A stretch of 61,757 nucleotides of DNA, the filler included. It is 7 parts of 7 records of this genome, joined end to end, with 100 filler letters (N's around TTAATTAATTAA, not from the genome) between each part and the next. Parts side by side here need not be neighbours in the genome. Positions count along the whole stretch, not along the records: positions 1 to 11,590 come from SRR31156797_4672; positions 11,691 to 17,425 come from SRR31156797_4677; positions 17,526 to 32,199 come from SRR31156797_4681; 4 more parts are not named here. One strand, given 5' to 3'. The notes under the pieces are model-generated. The model did no database searches, was not told the origin of the DNA, and saw nothing but the letters and a program-made list of their open reading frames with translations. Each line of letters starts with the position of its first letter. Within the stretch, counting starts at the first letter, position 1. This document shows, in pieces, positions 10,545-21,379 of this stretch. Position numbers and translations under genes: made by a program.

Positions 10545-11207
10545 CTAGTTTTTATATGGTTCAATTAAATAAATCTTTTTGTCGGAGTTATAGTCAATGA
10601 CAAGGCAAGTTTCGCCTTTGCTTAATTCATATTGTTCTTCTGTAGACATTACATTGATGATAAAGGAAGAGCCATCTATTTTAATTTCGGCCTGTCCCAT
10701 TTTATTGTAAGTAGCACTTAGCGTTACAGTACACACTTTACCAGTTAATCGTTGGTTGCTTTCAATATCGCTTTCTGCTTTGGCAAATAGTTTAACAAAA
10801 GGAGTCGTTAAAAACTTAGTTACAAAAGCACTGATCAGTATATTAGGTATCAGGTAAACTAAGGAAAGCAATGCTAAATCATTATTTAAATAATAATTCA
10901 TGAGTAAGGAGATTACCCACATCGATAAGGCCATAAAACTCATAATAAGCATAAATGGCACCTTACCCAGGTTAAAAAAGGTAAGTGCAGAGTTTACCCA
11001 CAAAACAGAATCACTTACACTCACCTCTGCATTGGCATCTACGTCCACGTCGGCATCTATATCTACATCCGCATCTGTATCAATGTCGAAAGAATCCACA
11101 TTAAAAATACCAATGATAACAGTAATCCAATAAAGTAATACAAGTATAAGCAGACCGGTAGGAATAATATTGACTATAGAAAAAGAAGCCTCTATTGTTT
11201 CTCGCAT
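10545..11207 (-). CDS. YqiJ/NfeD-like membrane protein with C-terminal OB fold
   Basis: TM helices, acidic DxDxD low-complexity loop, LGKVPFM motif, C-terminal GKVCTV...GQAEI OB-like domain; 6 bp upstream of the flotillin gene. Confidence 0.75.
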   Translation of the reverse strand: MRETIEASFSIVNIIPTGLLILVLLYWITVIIGIFNVDSFDIDTDADVDIDADVDVDANAEVSVSDSVLWVNSALTFFNLGKVPFMLIMSFMALSMWVISLLMNYYLNNDLALLSLVYLIPNILISAFVTKFLTTPFVKLFAKAESDIESNQRLTGKVCTVTLSATYNKMGQAEIKIDGSSFIINVMSTEEQYELSKGETCLVIDYNSDKKIYLIEPYKN

Positions 11208-11590
11208 AATAGGGTTAAGTTAGTTGTTTATTCAGTTCCAGGTTGTCTGCCCCAACAGCAGATCAAAAATCAAGACGGACGAATATAGAAAAAAAAATCA
11301 AAAACAGGGCGTTATTGAAAATTTAAATCAAAGGTTAAAATTGTTTTTATTTGATACCACAGAGACCCAAAGGAGTTGAGGATTTCATTAGCTATGATGT
11401 TTATCTTAAAGCCTTATGAATTAAATTTGGATGGCATTTTACACCAATACATATAAGATCAATTGTCATGATAAGCTATCACTATAGATAAAATACTATT
11501 CGAAAAAATATTGTGCGATATGATTACGAGTGGCCTCTTTTTTAAATGGCTTTCGTTTTAACTAAAACGTTAGTAAGACCGGGAAGTTGA

Positions 11591-11690
11591 NNNNNNNNNN
11601 NNNNNNNNNNNNNNNNNNNNNNNNNNNNNNNNNNTTAATTAATTAANNNNNNNNNNNNNNNNNNNNNNNNNNNNNNNNNNNNNNNNNNNN
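11591..11690. other. Artificial contig spacer
   Basis: 100-nt N run containing TTAATTAATTAA (stops in all frames). Confidence 0.97.
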
Positions 11691-11736
11691 ACTACCCCCT
11701 CAAGATAGCGTGTCTACCAGGTTCCACCACTTCGGC
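11691..11736 (-). tRNA. tRNA-Leu(GAG), 5' part (truncated at contig end)
   Basis: Minus strand GCCGAAGTGGTGGAACCTGGTAGACACGCTATC-TTGAGGG-GGTAGT: D-arm and anticodon arm with GAG; typical position after secG. Confidence 0.9.
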
Positions 11737-11749
11737 ACAATATACCCAA

Positions 11750-12082
11750 CTAATTTTTATCCTGCGTGCTGTCGTTTGCCGGCGATGCCGGGGCAGCCGG
11801 GGCTTCAGAAGTCTGCTCAACCGGATGAACATCCTGCATGATTGAAGTATTGGCGCCCTTTCCAATAAAGATAGAAAGTCCCAGAGAGGTCAACATAAAA
11901 ACAACCGCAACGGCGGTGGTAACTTTGTGCAACAAAGAGGTTGCACCGCTGCTGCCGAAAACCGTCTGGCTTGATCCCCCGAAAGCTGCGCCCATTCCGG
12001 CGCCTTTTCCTTTTTGAAGAAGGACGATCAAAATAAGCGCCACACACACACAAACATGCAATATAATCAAAATGGGGAACAT
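11750..12082 (-). CDS. secG: Preprotein translocase subunit SecG
   Basis: IVLLQKGKGAGMGAAFGGSSQTVFG motif, two TMs, downstream of tpiA. Confidence 0.95.
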   Translation of the reverse strand: MFPILIILHVCVCVALILIVLLQKGKGAGMGAAFGGSSQTVFGSSGATSLLHKVTTAVAVVFMLTSLGLSIFIGKGANTSIMQDVHPVEQTSEAPAAPASPANDSTQDKN

Positions 12083-12179
12083 CCAAAACCCTCTTTCTTT
12101 AAGAGCAATAAACGATACAACGGTTAATCAGTGAGATATAGTTCATTCCATTTCTTTTTGCAACAAAAAACTTCGTTTC

Positions 12180-12950
12180 TTATGCCTCCCTGTGGTGGAT
12201 AAGGGGAATAAAAGAGTCGCCTTTGAGGCTTGCACCCCCCACCAGAGCCCCATCGATATCCGGCTCTGCCATAAGCGCCTTAACATTTCCGGGTTTTACG
12301 CTTCCACCGTATAGAATCCTGACCTGCGCCGAAACGCCTGTGGTAAAGGTCTTCTCAATCCATAACCGAATAAACTGATGCACTTCCTCAGCCTGTTCAG
12401 GCGTAGCCGTCTTTCCGGTCCCGATAGCCCAAACCGGTTCATAGGCCAAAATGGTTGTGGTCGGCATCATCTGATCCGCCCTGAAATTATCCAGAGACAC
12501 ATTCAACTGCTCTTTAATGACCTCAAAGGTCCGATCGGTTTCCCTTTCCTCAAGGGTTTCACCCACGCAGACGATGGGAATAAGCCCAAGAAAAGAAGCC
12601 GCCCTGACCTTGAGATTGACCACTTCGCTGGTTTCACCAAAAAGGGTTCGCCGCTCCGAGTGGCCCAGAATCACATGGGTACAACCCGCCTGCTGAAGCA
12701 TCCTTCCCGAAATCTCTCCGGTATAAGCCCCGCTCATTTCCCAGTGCATGTTCTGTGCGGCAAGGAAAATCCTGGATTCGTCCACCACATTTCTAACAGC
12801 TGAGAGGTGTGTAAACGGTGGGGCCACCAAAACCTCAACGTCCGACACATTTCCCATCCCCGAACCTACGGCTTCAGCAAGCGCCACGGCTTCTTCAAGA
12901 CTCAGGTTCATTTTCCAGTTTCCGGCAATCATTGGTGTTCTTTCAAACAT
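12180..12950 (-). CDS. tpiA: Triosephosphate isomerase
   Basis: [39 protein letters not shown]; start placed at ATG 12950 after a GGGAAGGA RBS-like sequence. Confidence 0.97.
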   Translation of the reverse strand: MFERTPMIAGNWKMNLSLEEAVALAEAVGSGMGNVSDVEVLVAPPFTHLSAVRNVVDESRIFLAAQNMHWEMSGAYTGEISGRMLQQAGCTHVILGHSERRTLFGETSEVVNLKVRAASFLGLIPIVCVGETLEERETDRTFEVIKEQLNVSLDNFRADQMMPTTTILAYEPVWAIGTGKTATPEQAEEVHQFIRLWIEKTFTTGVSAQVRILYGGSVKPGNVKALMAEPDIDGALVGGASLKGDSFIPLIHHREA

Positions 12951-13024
12951 TTTTGTGCATCCTTCCCTGAAATTTCTGAAAAACAACCGTTATTGTAAAC
13001 GTTTCAAGTTGGAAACGATATTCA

Positions 13025-14023
13025 TTAACAACCGGCCATGTAGACCGCCAGGTCAACCATCCGGTTTGAATATCCGAATTCGTTATCGTACCAGGACAGA
13101 ATTTTCAACATATCCCCGATAACCATGGTGGAAGGTCCATCCACTGTTGATGAGACAGCGGCGCCATTAAAGTCGATGGACACAAGGGGTTCGTGGGAAT
13201 AGGCAAGAATCCCTTTCAGCGAAGTATTGGATGCGGCTTCCATGGCCTGATTGACGGCGTCAGCGGTGGTGGGCTTTGTCAACTGGACCACCAGATCAAC
13301 AACCGAGACATTGGGTGTGGGAACACGGATGGCCATGCCGTTCAATTTACCGTCCAACTGGGGCAAAACAAGTGCAACGGCTTTTGCCGCACCGGTTGTG
13401 GTGGGTATCATGGAAAGCCCGGCGGCCCTGGCCCGCCTGAGATCCTTATGGGGGAAATCAAGCAGCCTTTGATCGCCGGTATAGGCGTGAGTGGTGGTCA
13501 TCAACCCTTTTTCGATGCCGAAATGGTCCAGTAAAACTTTGCACACGGGGGCCAGACAGTTGGTGGTGCAGGAGGCGTTGGATACGATATGGTGGCTTTT
13601 GGCATCATATTCCTGCTCGTTCACCCCCATCACCACCGTGATGTCGGGGGACTTGGCAGGTGCTGAGATAATCACCTTTTCAGCGCCGGCATCCAAATGC
13701 CCGGAAGCACTTTCCCGATCCCTGAAAAGCCCCGTACACTCAAAAACCGTTTCAACCCCCAATTCACCCCAAGGCAACCTGGAGGGATCCTTTTCGGAAT
13801 AAATCTCAATCTCTTTCCCATTAATAATCAGAGAACGCTCCGTGCTTGAGATGTCTTCCCCAAAGGCGCCGTGAACCGAATCATACTTCAACAAATGCGC
13901 CAGGGTCGCTGTATCCGTCAGATCATTAATGGCAACCAATTCAATATCCGGATTGTGAAAACCAGCTCTGAAAACCATTCTTCCAATGCGGCCGAAACCG
14001 TTAACAGCCACCTTTAAAGCCAT
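13025..14023 (-). CDS. gap: Glyceraldehyde-3-phosphate dehydrogenase (type I)
   Basis: [25 protein letters not shown]. Confidence 0.98.
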   Translation of the reverse strand: MALKVAVNGFGRIGRMVFRAGFHNPDIELVAINDLTDTATLAHLLKYDSVHGAFGEDISSTERSLIINGKEIEIYSEKDPSRLPWGELGVETVFECTGLFRDRESASGHLDAGAEKVIISAPAKSPDITVVMGVNEQEYDAKSHHIVSNASCTTNCLAPVCKVLLDHFGIEKGLMTTTHAYTGDQRLLDFPHKDLRRARAAGLSMIPTTTGAAKAVALVLPQLDGKLNGMAIRVPTPNVSVVDLVVQLTKPTTADAVNQAMEAASNTSLKGILAYSHEPLVSIDFNGAAVSSTVDGPSTMVIGDMLKILSWYDNEFGYSNRMVDLAVYMAGC

Positions 14024-14127
14024 TGTGTTCCTCCTTAATTGTTCAATGCTTAAATACCTAAAATATTAATGATGTGTAAACAAAACGGTAATCATTTTAG
14101 AAGACACGGCGGGAACACCCAAAAGTA

Positions 14128-14529
14128 TTATTCCGACTTCAAGAGTTTCCCAGCCAGGGCAATGCTGCGCTTTCCAGCCTGTTCCGCCCTCTCGCCCAAT
14201 TCGCTCAGGGTCAAACGGTCCCGATCCCTGGCAACGGCCATAACCATAGGCAGGTTAACCCCGGTCAAAACCTCCAGCATCTCATCCTCCAGAAAAGAAA
14301 GGCTGAGGTTTGAAGGCGTCCCGCCAAACATATCCGTCAAAACCAGAACCCCCTGTCCTTGATCAAGTGCCTTTATTTTATCGGATATGGCCTGCAGTAT
14401 TTCCTTGCTTTCAGTTGTCTGGGTAACAGCAATGGCATCAGCCGTTTCAAGTTTTCCAACAATAAGTTCCGCAGCATTCAGGAATTCCCGCCCCAGATTA
14501 CAATGAGAAATGATCAGTAATCCCACCAT
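14128..14529 (-). CDS. PTS EIIA component, mannose/fructose family
   Basis: IISH phospho-His region, LTDMFGGTPSN, TGVNLPM. Confidence 0.92.
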   Translation of the reverse strand: MVGLLIISHCNLGREFLNAAELIVGKLETADAIAVTQTTESKEILQAISDKIKALDQGQGVLVLTDMFGGTPSNLSLSFLEDEMLEVLTGVNLPMVMAVARDRDRLTLSELGERAEQAGKRSIALAGKLLKSE

Positions 14530-14703
14530 GGTTATGTCAAGCCTCGCACCTTCAACGCCGAAAATCCATGGCGGTTGATGTAAACGGATGGCGGCCCAAT
14601 CTCAAATACGTCCCATCCCGTGCAAAGCACCCAAAACGCCTTATTGCAGAAAAAAAAGTAGACGGCCACCTCACAAAAAACCCTCTCCTCTGTTCAAAAG
14701 CGT

Positions 14704-15165
14704 TCAGGCATCTCCATCCGTTTGAATAATTGTCTGGTAAATCTCTTCCCGAGAATTTACTTGCATTAGCGCTTTTCTAAAAGTGCTGCTTTTCAAGATC
14801 CTTGCAATTTTGGTCAATACCTGCAAATGAACACCGGAAGAATTTTCAGGGGCCAGAAGAAGAAAAAAGAGGAAGGCCGGCTGGCCGTCCATTGAATCAA
14901 AATCGAGTCCCTTTTTGCTCCTGCCAAAGGACACAATCGGCTGTCTTACCGAACTGAGTTTTCCGTGTGGAATGGCGACCCCGTCACCGATTCCCGTGCT
15001 GCCCAAGTGTTCCCGTTCAATCAGCACTTTCACAAGCATTCCTTTATCGATATTCGTATCATACCTTGCGATCACCTCAGCAAGCTCTCCCAGAACGCCC
15101 TTCTTGTCCTTGGCCTTAAGCTCCGGAATAATGTTGTCTATGGCTAAAATCTCAGAAAGTCTCAT
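14704..15165 (-). CDS. ptsN: PTS nitrogen-regulatory EIIA(Ntr)
   Basis: EREHLGSTGIGDGVAIPHGK, FDSMDGQP; position after rpoN-hpf; start at MRLSE inferred. Confidence 0.9.
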   Translation of the reverse strand: MRLSEILAIDNIIPELKAKDKKGVLGELAEVIARYDTNIDKGMLVKVLIEREHLGSTGIGDGVAIPHGKLSSVRQPIVSFGRSKKGLDFDSMDGQPAFLFFLLLAPENSSGVHLQVLTKIARILKSSTFRKALMQVNSREEIYQTIIQTDGDA

Positions 15166-15207
15166 CACATAAACCAAAAAAAATAAACCATTCACCAAAA
15201 ATTAGGA

Positions 15208-15759
15208 TCAGCCCGCAGGCTCGATCAAACCAAGGTTTCCATCGCCTTTTCTGTAAATAACGTTAATCTCTCTCGATTTGGCGTTTCGAAACACCAGGAA
15301 ATCCTGCGGAAGCAACATGAGCTGCATGGCGGCTTCCTCGGGGTCCATGGGCTTGGCGACCATTTTTTCCACCTCAATTGAAAAATTGTCCGGAGACATC
15401 TCAACCGATTCTTCAAGCTCTTCGTCCAAAGCTTCACCCAGGGCATTCTCTTCGGTTTTAACGCTCTCCCCTCGGTGCCTTCTTATTTTACCGATGTGTT
15501 TCTTAACCTGATTTTCGACCTTATCCATGACTTGGTCTATGGCCGAATACATGTCGTCGGTCTCTTCAACCGCTTTGAGTCGAGTCCCATTCAGGCTGAG
15601 CGTCACATCGGCAATGTGCCTGAATTTCTCTACGCTCAAAACGATGTGCGCATCCAAAGGAACATCAAGATATTTTTTGATTTTTGAAATTTTCTCTTCC
15701 GCATAGTTTTTTAAACTCCCTATGGGGTCCGTGTGCCTGAATGTCACTGTTACGTCCAT
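15208..15759 (-). CDS. hpf: Ribosome hibernation promoting factor (long HPF)
   Basis: VTFRH, DMYSAIDQV, C-terminal KPMDPEEAAMQ..FLVFRN..VIYRK.DG.LGLIEP. Confidence 0.93.
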   Translation of the reverse strand: MDVTVTFRHTDPIGSLKNYAEEKISKIKKYLDVPLDAHIVLSVEKFRHIADVTLSLNGTRLKAVEETDDMYSAIDQVMDKVENQVKKHIGKIRRHRGESVKTEENALGEALDEELEESVEMSPDNFSIEVEKMVAKPMDPEEAAMQLMLLPQDFLVFRNAKSREINVIYRKGDGNLGLIEPAG

Positions 15760-15844
15760 AAAATTCCCTCCGGATATCTAGGTGTGAACAATATAATCAA
15801 CCTTTCCGGCAAACCCATAAAACGCCACATGGCGCTGCCATGGC

Positions 15845-17368
15845 TCAATTTATTCGAACCTCTTTTCTCTTCCTGGATGGTAATATTCCCATGGCCTCCC
15901 GGTATTTGGCGACTGTTCGACGTGCAACCCTTATGTTAAGATCGCGCATTTTCTTTTCAATCCCCTTGTCACTGAGGGGTTTGGTTTTATCTTCTGTTTT
16001 TATGATCTTGCGGATCTGTTCCTTGACACTTTCCGATGCCAGAGCATCCCCGTCTATCCTGCTGATGGAACTATTGAAAAAAAACTTCAACTCATAAAGC
16101 CCTTGAGGTGTGTGAACATACTTGTTGGTGGTCACCCGACTGACCGTCGACTCATGCATTTCGATGTCTTCAGCCACATCCCTCAACACCAGCGGCTTAA
16201 GATAAGCGATGCCTTTGTCAAGGAATTCCTCTTGAAACTTTACGATACTCTCGGTGACCCGGTACAAAGTTCTTTGACGCTGGTGAATGCTTTTGATCAA
16301 CCATGCCGCGGATCGCATTTTTTCCTGAATGTATGCCTTTGTTTCTTCCGATACCCGGCCTCTGTTCTTCAAGATCCGTTTGTAATAAGCATTAATCCTT
16401 AATTTCGGCAGGCCGTCTTCATTTTGGATAATTTCGTAGCCGTCGTTCATTTTGGCCACATAAATGTCAGGGGTGACATAAATGGTTTCCTCGGCCGCAT
16501 AAATCCGCCCGGGTTTAGGATCAAGCTCCTGAATTGCAGCAACGGCCTTCAATATATCCTGAATGGAAACGCCCATTTGATCGGCGATCCGGCTGTAACG
16601 TTTTTCTTCAAGATCCTTGAGGTGATCACTGATGAGATTCTCCACCAGGGTTCCGGTGAGATTCTGAAATGCGACCTGTATCAACAGGCATTCCCTTGTA
16701 TCCCGCGCCGCCACCCCCACGGGATCAAAATTTTGAACTATCCTCAAAACCGCCCTGACATCATCGATATCGCAGCCGGTTGCCCGGGATATTTCCTCCA
16801 CGGTGGTCTCTAAATATCCATCGTCATTCAGGTTACCGATGATATAGGCCCCAATTTCCTTTTTGTCATCTTCCATATTGCTCATATTCAACTGCCAGAG
16901 CAAATGTGACGACAGATCGGTCCGGGTGGCCGTAAAATTCTCAAAGGAAGGCGTATCTTTTTCTTCATAGTGCCGTTCGGAATAACCTTCGGAATAACCG
17001 CTATTATACTCCGAAAGATAGTTTTCCCAGTCCACATCATCCCTCGCCCGTTCCTCCACCGTCACTTCGGGCAATGAGGGAGAATCCGGATCCGGCCCGG
17101 AATCATCCACTGAAGGATTTTCAGATTTTCTTTCCTGGGATTCCTGTAATGCCTTCTCCTTTTCCGCCTTTTTCACTCCCGCCCCGTCATCCCCTTCAAG
17201 CTCCTCCTGACCCATCTCTTCAAGGATAGGGTTTTCCTCCATTTCCTGAGAAACGGTTTCAAGGAGCTCAAGCCTTGACAGCTGCAGAAGCTTGATGGCC
17301 TGCTGCAGTTGCGGGGTCATCACAAGTTGCTGGGTAAGACCCAAAGATTGTCGAAGTTCTAACGCCAT
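15845..17368 (-). CDS. rpoN: RNA polymerase sigma-54 factor
   Basis: Region I MTPQLQQAIKLLQL, HTH MHESTVSRVT, RpoN box ARRTVAKYRE. Confidence 0.98.
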   Translation of the reverse strand: MALELRQSLGLTQQLVMTPQLQQAIKLLQLSRLELLETVSQEMEENPILEEMGQEELEGDDGAGVKKAEKEKALQESQERKSENPSVDDSGPDPDSPSLPEVTVEERARDDVDWENYLSEYNSGYSEGYSERHYEEKDTPSFENFTATRTDLSSHLLWQLNMSNMEDDKKEIGAYIIGNLNDDGYLETTVEEISRATGCDIDDVRAVLRIVQNFDPVGVAARDTRECLLIQVAFQNLTGTLVENLISDHLKDLEEKRYSRIADQMGVSIQDILKAVAAIQELDPKPGRIYAAEETIYVTPDIYVAKMNDGYEIIQNEDGLPKLRINAYYKRILKNRGRVSEETKAYIQEKMRSAAWLIKSIHQRQRTLYRVTESIVKFQEEFLDKGIAYLKPLVLRDVAEDIEMHESTVSRVTTNKYVHTPQGLYELKFFFNSSISRIDGDALASESVKEQIRKIIKTEDKTKPLSDKGIEKKMRDLNIRVARRTVAKYREAMGILPSRKRKEVRIN

Positions 17369-17425
17369 AATAAATTCAAAGATTCCTAAAAAAACAACTT
17401 CTTAGAGATTGAAATTTTCTCCCAG

Positions 17426-17525
17426 NNNNNNNNNNNNNNNNNNNNNNNNNNNNNNNNNNNNNNNNNNNNTTAATTAATTAANNNNNNNNNNNNNNNNNNN
17501 NNNNNNNNNNNNNNNNNNNNNNNNN
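17426..17525. other. Artificial contig spacer
   Basis: N run with TTAATTAATTAA. Confidence 0.97.
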
Positions 17526-17986
17526 TGACTGCCGATATTATGGAATATATGCGTCGTCAGCATAATATTAAAGTGGGTGAGCGAACTGCAGAAGAAATTA
17601 AAATTCATGTAGGATCTGCTCTTCCTGAGTTAGAAGATGCTCCATCTGATTATATTGTGCAAGGCCCTAACCAAATGACAGCGTTACCAATTGAGGTTCC
17701 TGTTTCGTACCAGGAAATATCGCACTGTTTAGAAAAGTCAATCTCAAAAATTGAAACGGCAATTCTAAGTGCTCTGGAACAAACTCCTCCTGAGCTTTAT
17801 GCTGATATCGTTAACAATGGCATTTACCTAGCTGGTGGTGGTGCATTATTGAGAGGATTGGATAAACGATTAACGGATAAAATCAATATTCCTTTCCACA
17901 TTGCAGAAAATCCTTTGCATGCTGTAGCCAGAGGAACAGGAATAGCACTTAAAAACAGACATAAATTCTCATTCTTAATGAGATAA
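17526..17986 (+). CDS. mreB: Rod shape-determining protein MreB, 3' fragment
   Basis: GERTAEEIK, ALEQTPPELYADI, GIYLAGGGALLRGLD, AVARGTG; 5' end lost at spacer. Confidence 0.95.
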
Positions 17987-18009
17987 TATAAGTCAATAAG
18001 AATATTTAT

Positions 18010-18050
18010 AAACCCGGTTAATACTTTAGAGAAGTAACCGGGTTTTTTAT
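18010..18050 (+). terminator. Intrinsic terminator after mreB
   Basis: AAACCCGGTTA (18010-18020) / TAACCGGGTTT (18035-18045) followed by a T-run. Confidence 0.75.
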
Positions 18051-18185
18051 TTTTTAATTTGTTGTACATTTTTAAGTGGCTAATCACACCTCTTTCAACT
18101 TAAAAAACTAACTTTACCCGTGATAGTACCACAAAAGGAAAAAATTAACCATTTTCTTTAGTCTGATAACACAACAACCAATCGA

Positions 18186-19013
18186 ATGAGGAATTTTATA
18201 CGGTTTATACTCAAACATCATTTCACCTTCTTATTTATTCTCTTCGAACTTATTGCATTTATACTTATTGTCACTTATAATCAAAACCAACGCGCTATAT
18301 ATCTTAGTTCCTCCTCTAGTATTGCAGGAGGCCTTATTGAGCGTGTGAATAATATTGAACAATATTTTGCGCTAAAAAAAGTAAATGAGGAATTAGCTAC
18401 AGAAAACGCCTTTCTGCGCAGCCAACTTCCTACATCTTTTAAGCAATTAAAAGATTATTTTGCCGTAATTGGCGACAGCTCCTCTGTAAACAGATATAAA
18501 TACAGAGCCTGCAAAGTAGTTAACAATTCGGTAAAAAAACACTTTAACTACATAACGCTAAACAAAGGTTTAAGAGATGGCATTAAGCCGGATATGGGCG
18601 TATTAAACAATAGAGGCATAGTTGGAATCGTAATAAAATGTTCTGATAATTTTAGCACAGCCTTATCTATTCTTAATCCCCGATTAAAGATTTCTGCAAA
18701 ACTGAAAGACTCCGATTTTTTTGGATCAGTTAGCTGGGATACCCGAACTACACAATATGCCATTCTGGATGAAATTCCTGAACACGCATCTGTTAAGCTA
18801 GGGGATCAAATTGTAACCAGTGGTTATTCGTCTACTTTCCCTGAAGGAATTTTAATTGGAACCGTAGACGAAGTTATACACCCTAAAGGAGAAAGCTTTT
18901 ATCGAATCAAAGTTAAACTTAGCGTTGACTTCTCTAGCCTTAGCTATGTGGAAGTCGTTGAGAATATTTTACAAGAGCAACAAAAGCAACTTGAAAAAGA
19001 GAGCAAGCTATGA
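18186..19013 (+). CDS. mreC: Rod shape-determining protein MreC
   Basis: N-terminal TM, coiled coil, ITLNKG..DGIKPDMGV, IVTSGYS..FPEGILIG. Confidence 0.95.
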   Translation: MRNFIRFILKHHFTFLFILFELIAFILIVTYNQNQRAIYLSSSSSIAGGLIERVNNIEQYFALKKVNEELATENAFLRSQLPTSFKQLKDYFAVIGDSSSVNRYKYRACKVVNNSVKKHFNYITLNKGLRDGIKPDMGVLNNRGIVGIVIKCSDNFSTALSILNPRLKISAKLKDSDFFGSVSWDTRTTQYAILDEIPEHASVKLGDQIVTSGYSSTFPEGILIGTVDEVIHPKGESFYRIKVKLSVDFSSLSYVEVVENILQEQQKQLEKESKL

Positions 19014-19528
19014 TTAGTATTATACCTCGATATATTTTTAACTTTATTTTTTATGTGCTACTACAGGTAGTTATATTAAATAAAATGGAGTTTTCAGGAT
19101 ATTTAAATCCATATCTCTATGTGATTTTCATATTGATTCTTCCATTCGAAACACCAGGTTGGCTATTATTAACGCTGGCTTCTATTTTAGGTTTAAGTAT
19201 TGATATGTTTTCGAACACGACAGGTATGCATATGGCTGCAACCTTGCTTATTGCCTATTTAAGACCGTTTATTCTATCCCGATTTGCCCCTAGAGATAAT
19301 TATGAACCAGGTACCCTTCCTCTACCTTCGTACTATGGCTTTCCCTGGTTTTTTAAATATGCAGCCATTCTGGTTTTCATTCATCACTTTGTCTATTTTA
19401 TTATAGAATCATTTTCTATTGAAAATATCGTTAGCATATTGATTAAAACTATTGGTAGCACTCTCTTTACGTTGGTAATAATGGGAATTACCTTATTATT
19501 TACATTCCAAAAGAAAAGACGAATTTAA
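19010..19528 (+). CDS. mreD: Rod shape-determining protein MreD
   Basis: Hydrophobic; LGLSIDMFSNT.GMH motif; overlaps mreC stop (ATGA). Confidence 0.9.
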   Translation: MISIIPRYIFNFIFYVLLQVVILNKMEFSGYLNPYLYVIFILILPFETPGWLLLTLASILGLSIDMFSNTTGMHMAATLLIAYLRPFILSRFAPRDNYEPGTLPLPSYYGFPWFFKYAAILVFIHHFVYFIIESFSIENIVSILIKTIGSTLFTLVIMGITLLFTFQKKRRI

Positions 19529-19540
19529 ACGAATTACAGG

Positions 19541-21379
19541 GTGGAAAACTTTAATCGAAGAACCATAGTCATCAGTTTAATAATATTGTTTATTGGCATC
19601 ACCTTTGCCATTAAGCTTTTTATTCTTCAGGTTTACGATCCATCTTATAAATACTCTGCAGAAAGTAATACCAGACGTGAAATAGTAAATTTTCCGGCCA
19701 GAGGTTTAATTTACGACAGAAATGGTCAGCTCATTGTTTCAAACCAGGCAGATTATGATCTTATGGTCGTTCCAAGAGAACTTAAACCTATGGATTCGGT
19801 CACTTTTTGCAAAGCTTTAGATATTGACATGTCCGACTTGAGAGCGTTGTTTGCTAATATGAAAGCAAAGCTTAGGAACAAGAAAATATCACATATTAAA
19901 CCTTCTATCTTTTACAAGCAACTATCAGCTAAACAATATGGATATCTGCAGGAAAAACTATATAAGTTTGATGGTTTCTTCGTTCAAAGAAGAACGCTAA
20001 GAAAGTACGAATTCCCTAACGCAGCACATATTCTTGGATACATTGGTGAAGTCGGGCCTCAGGATATTAAGAGAGATGACTATTATGCAACGGGTGATTA
20101 CCATGGCATCAATGGTATAGAATCAACCTATGAAAAATTCTTAAGAGGTGAGAAAGGGTACAAATATGTTTTAGTAGATGTTCATGGTCGTGAAAAGGGC
20201 GCTTTTAGAGATGGAGAATACGACATTCCTGCTGAAGCAGGAAAAGACATCTCGCTTTCCATTGATATTGATTTGCAGCAATACGGAGAGAATCTAATGG
20301 CTAATAAAATAGGTGCAATTGTTGCACTTGAACCAAAAACGGGAGAAATACTAACAATGATATCCAGTCCAACATACAACCCTTCTTTATTAGTGGGTAA
20401 AAAGAGAGCTGGTAATTTTTCAACCTTAAGCACTGATTCCTTAAAGCCACTATTTAACAGGCCTATTATGGCCTGGTATCCACCTGGCTCTACTTTTAAA
20501 ACCATAATGGCTGCCATTGGGCAACAGGAAAAAGTATTAAAGCCAGAAACGAAATATGAATGTCATATGGGCTATACTGTTGGTAGTTTTCATCAAGGTT
20601 GTCATCATCACTTTAGCCCTCTTGATTTAAGACGTTCCATTGCCAACTCTTGCAATGCATACTATAGCCAGGTATTTAGAAGCATTATCGATAATCCTAA
20701 AAACGCCACAGTTCAGGAAGGTTTTGAACTTTGGAAAAACTACCTGGTGAATTTTGGCTTTGGCTATAAATTAGGAGTAGACTTTGCAAACGAAAACCGA
20801 GGATTTATTCCCAACAGTAAAACTTACGATAAGATTTATAACAAAAGTTGGTCCTCTCTTACGGTAGTTTCTTTAGCTATTGGCCAGGGTGAGTTGCTAA
20901 CAACCCCATTACAAATGGCTAACATGACAGCTTCCATTGCTAATAAAGGTTATTATTACACCCCTCATATTATTAAAGAAATTGAAAACGACACGATACC
21001 TTCCCGTTTCAAATCAGTTCACCAAACCGGAGTCGATTCTGTATATTTCAATCCGGTAATGGATGGCATGGAGATGGCTATTTGGAGTGATGAAGGTACT
21101 GCAGGATTGGCACGCGTTCCGGATTTAACCATCTGCGGAAAAACAGGAACGGCAGAAAATCCGCATGGCGACGACCATTCTGTTTTTATTGCTTTTGCCC
21201 CAAAAGAAGATCCCCAAATTGCCATTGCTGTTTATGTTGAGAATGGAGGATTTGGATCAACCTGGGCAGCTCCAATTGCAAGCTTAATGGTTGAAAAATA
21301 CTTAAAAAAGGAAATTCATTCATCCAGATTATGGATTGAAAAAAGAATGTTGGAAGGAGACCTGATTCATGGTAAATAA
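19541..21379 (+). CDS. mrdA: Penicillin-binding protein 2
   Basis: RGLIYDRNG, SxxK (GSTFK), SxN (SCN), KTG (KTGTAE). Confidence 0.95.
   Translation: MENFNRRTIVISLIILFIGITFAIKLFILQVYDPSYKYSAESNTRREIVNFPARGLIYDRNGQLIVSNQADYDLMVVPRELKPMDSVTFCKALDIDMSDLRALFANMKAKLRNKKISHIKPSIFYKQLSAKQYGYLQEKLYKFDGFFVQRRTLRKYEFPNAAHILGYIGEVGPQDIKRDDYYATGDYHGINGIESTYEKFLRGEKGYKYVLVDVHGREKGAFRDGEYDIPAEAGKDISLSIDIDLQQYGENLMANKIGAIVALEPKTGEILTMISSPTYNPSLLVGKKRAGNFSTLSTDSLKPLFNRPIMAWYPPGSTFKTIMAAIGQQEKVLKPETKYECHMGYTVGSFHQGCHHHFSPLDLRRSIANSCNAYYSQVFRSIIDNPKNATVQEGFELWKNYLVNFGFGYKLGVDFANENRGFIPNSKTYDKIYNKSWSSLTVVSLAIGQGELLTTPLQMANMTASIANKGYYYTPHIIKEIENDTIPSRFKSVHQTGVDSVYFNPVMDGMEMAIWSDEGTAGLARVPDLTICGKTGTAENPHGDDHSVFIAFAPKEDPQIAIAVYVENGGFGSTWAAPIASLMVEKYLKKEIHSSRLWIEKRMLEGDLIHGK

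Noticed and set aside
11020-11100. Short repeats in the YqiJ-like gene
   Set aside because: Encode the Asp-rich DxDxD loop typical of the family; not a DNA-level repeat system.
11635-11646. TTAATTAATTAA palindrome recurring six times
   Set aside because: Artificial linker inside the N spacers.
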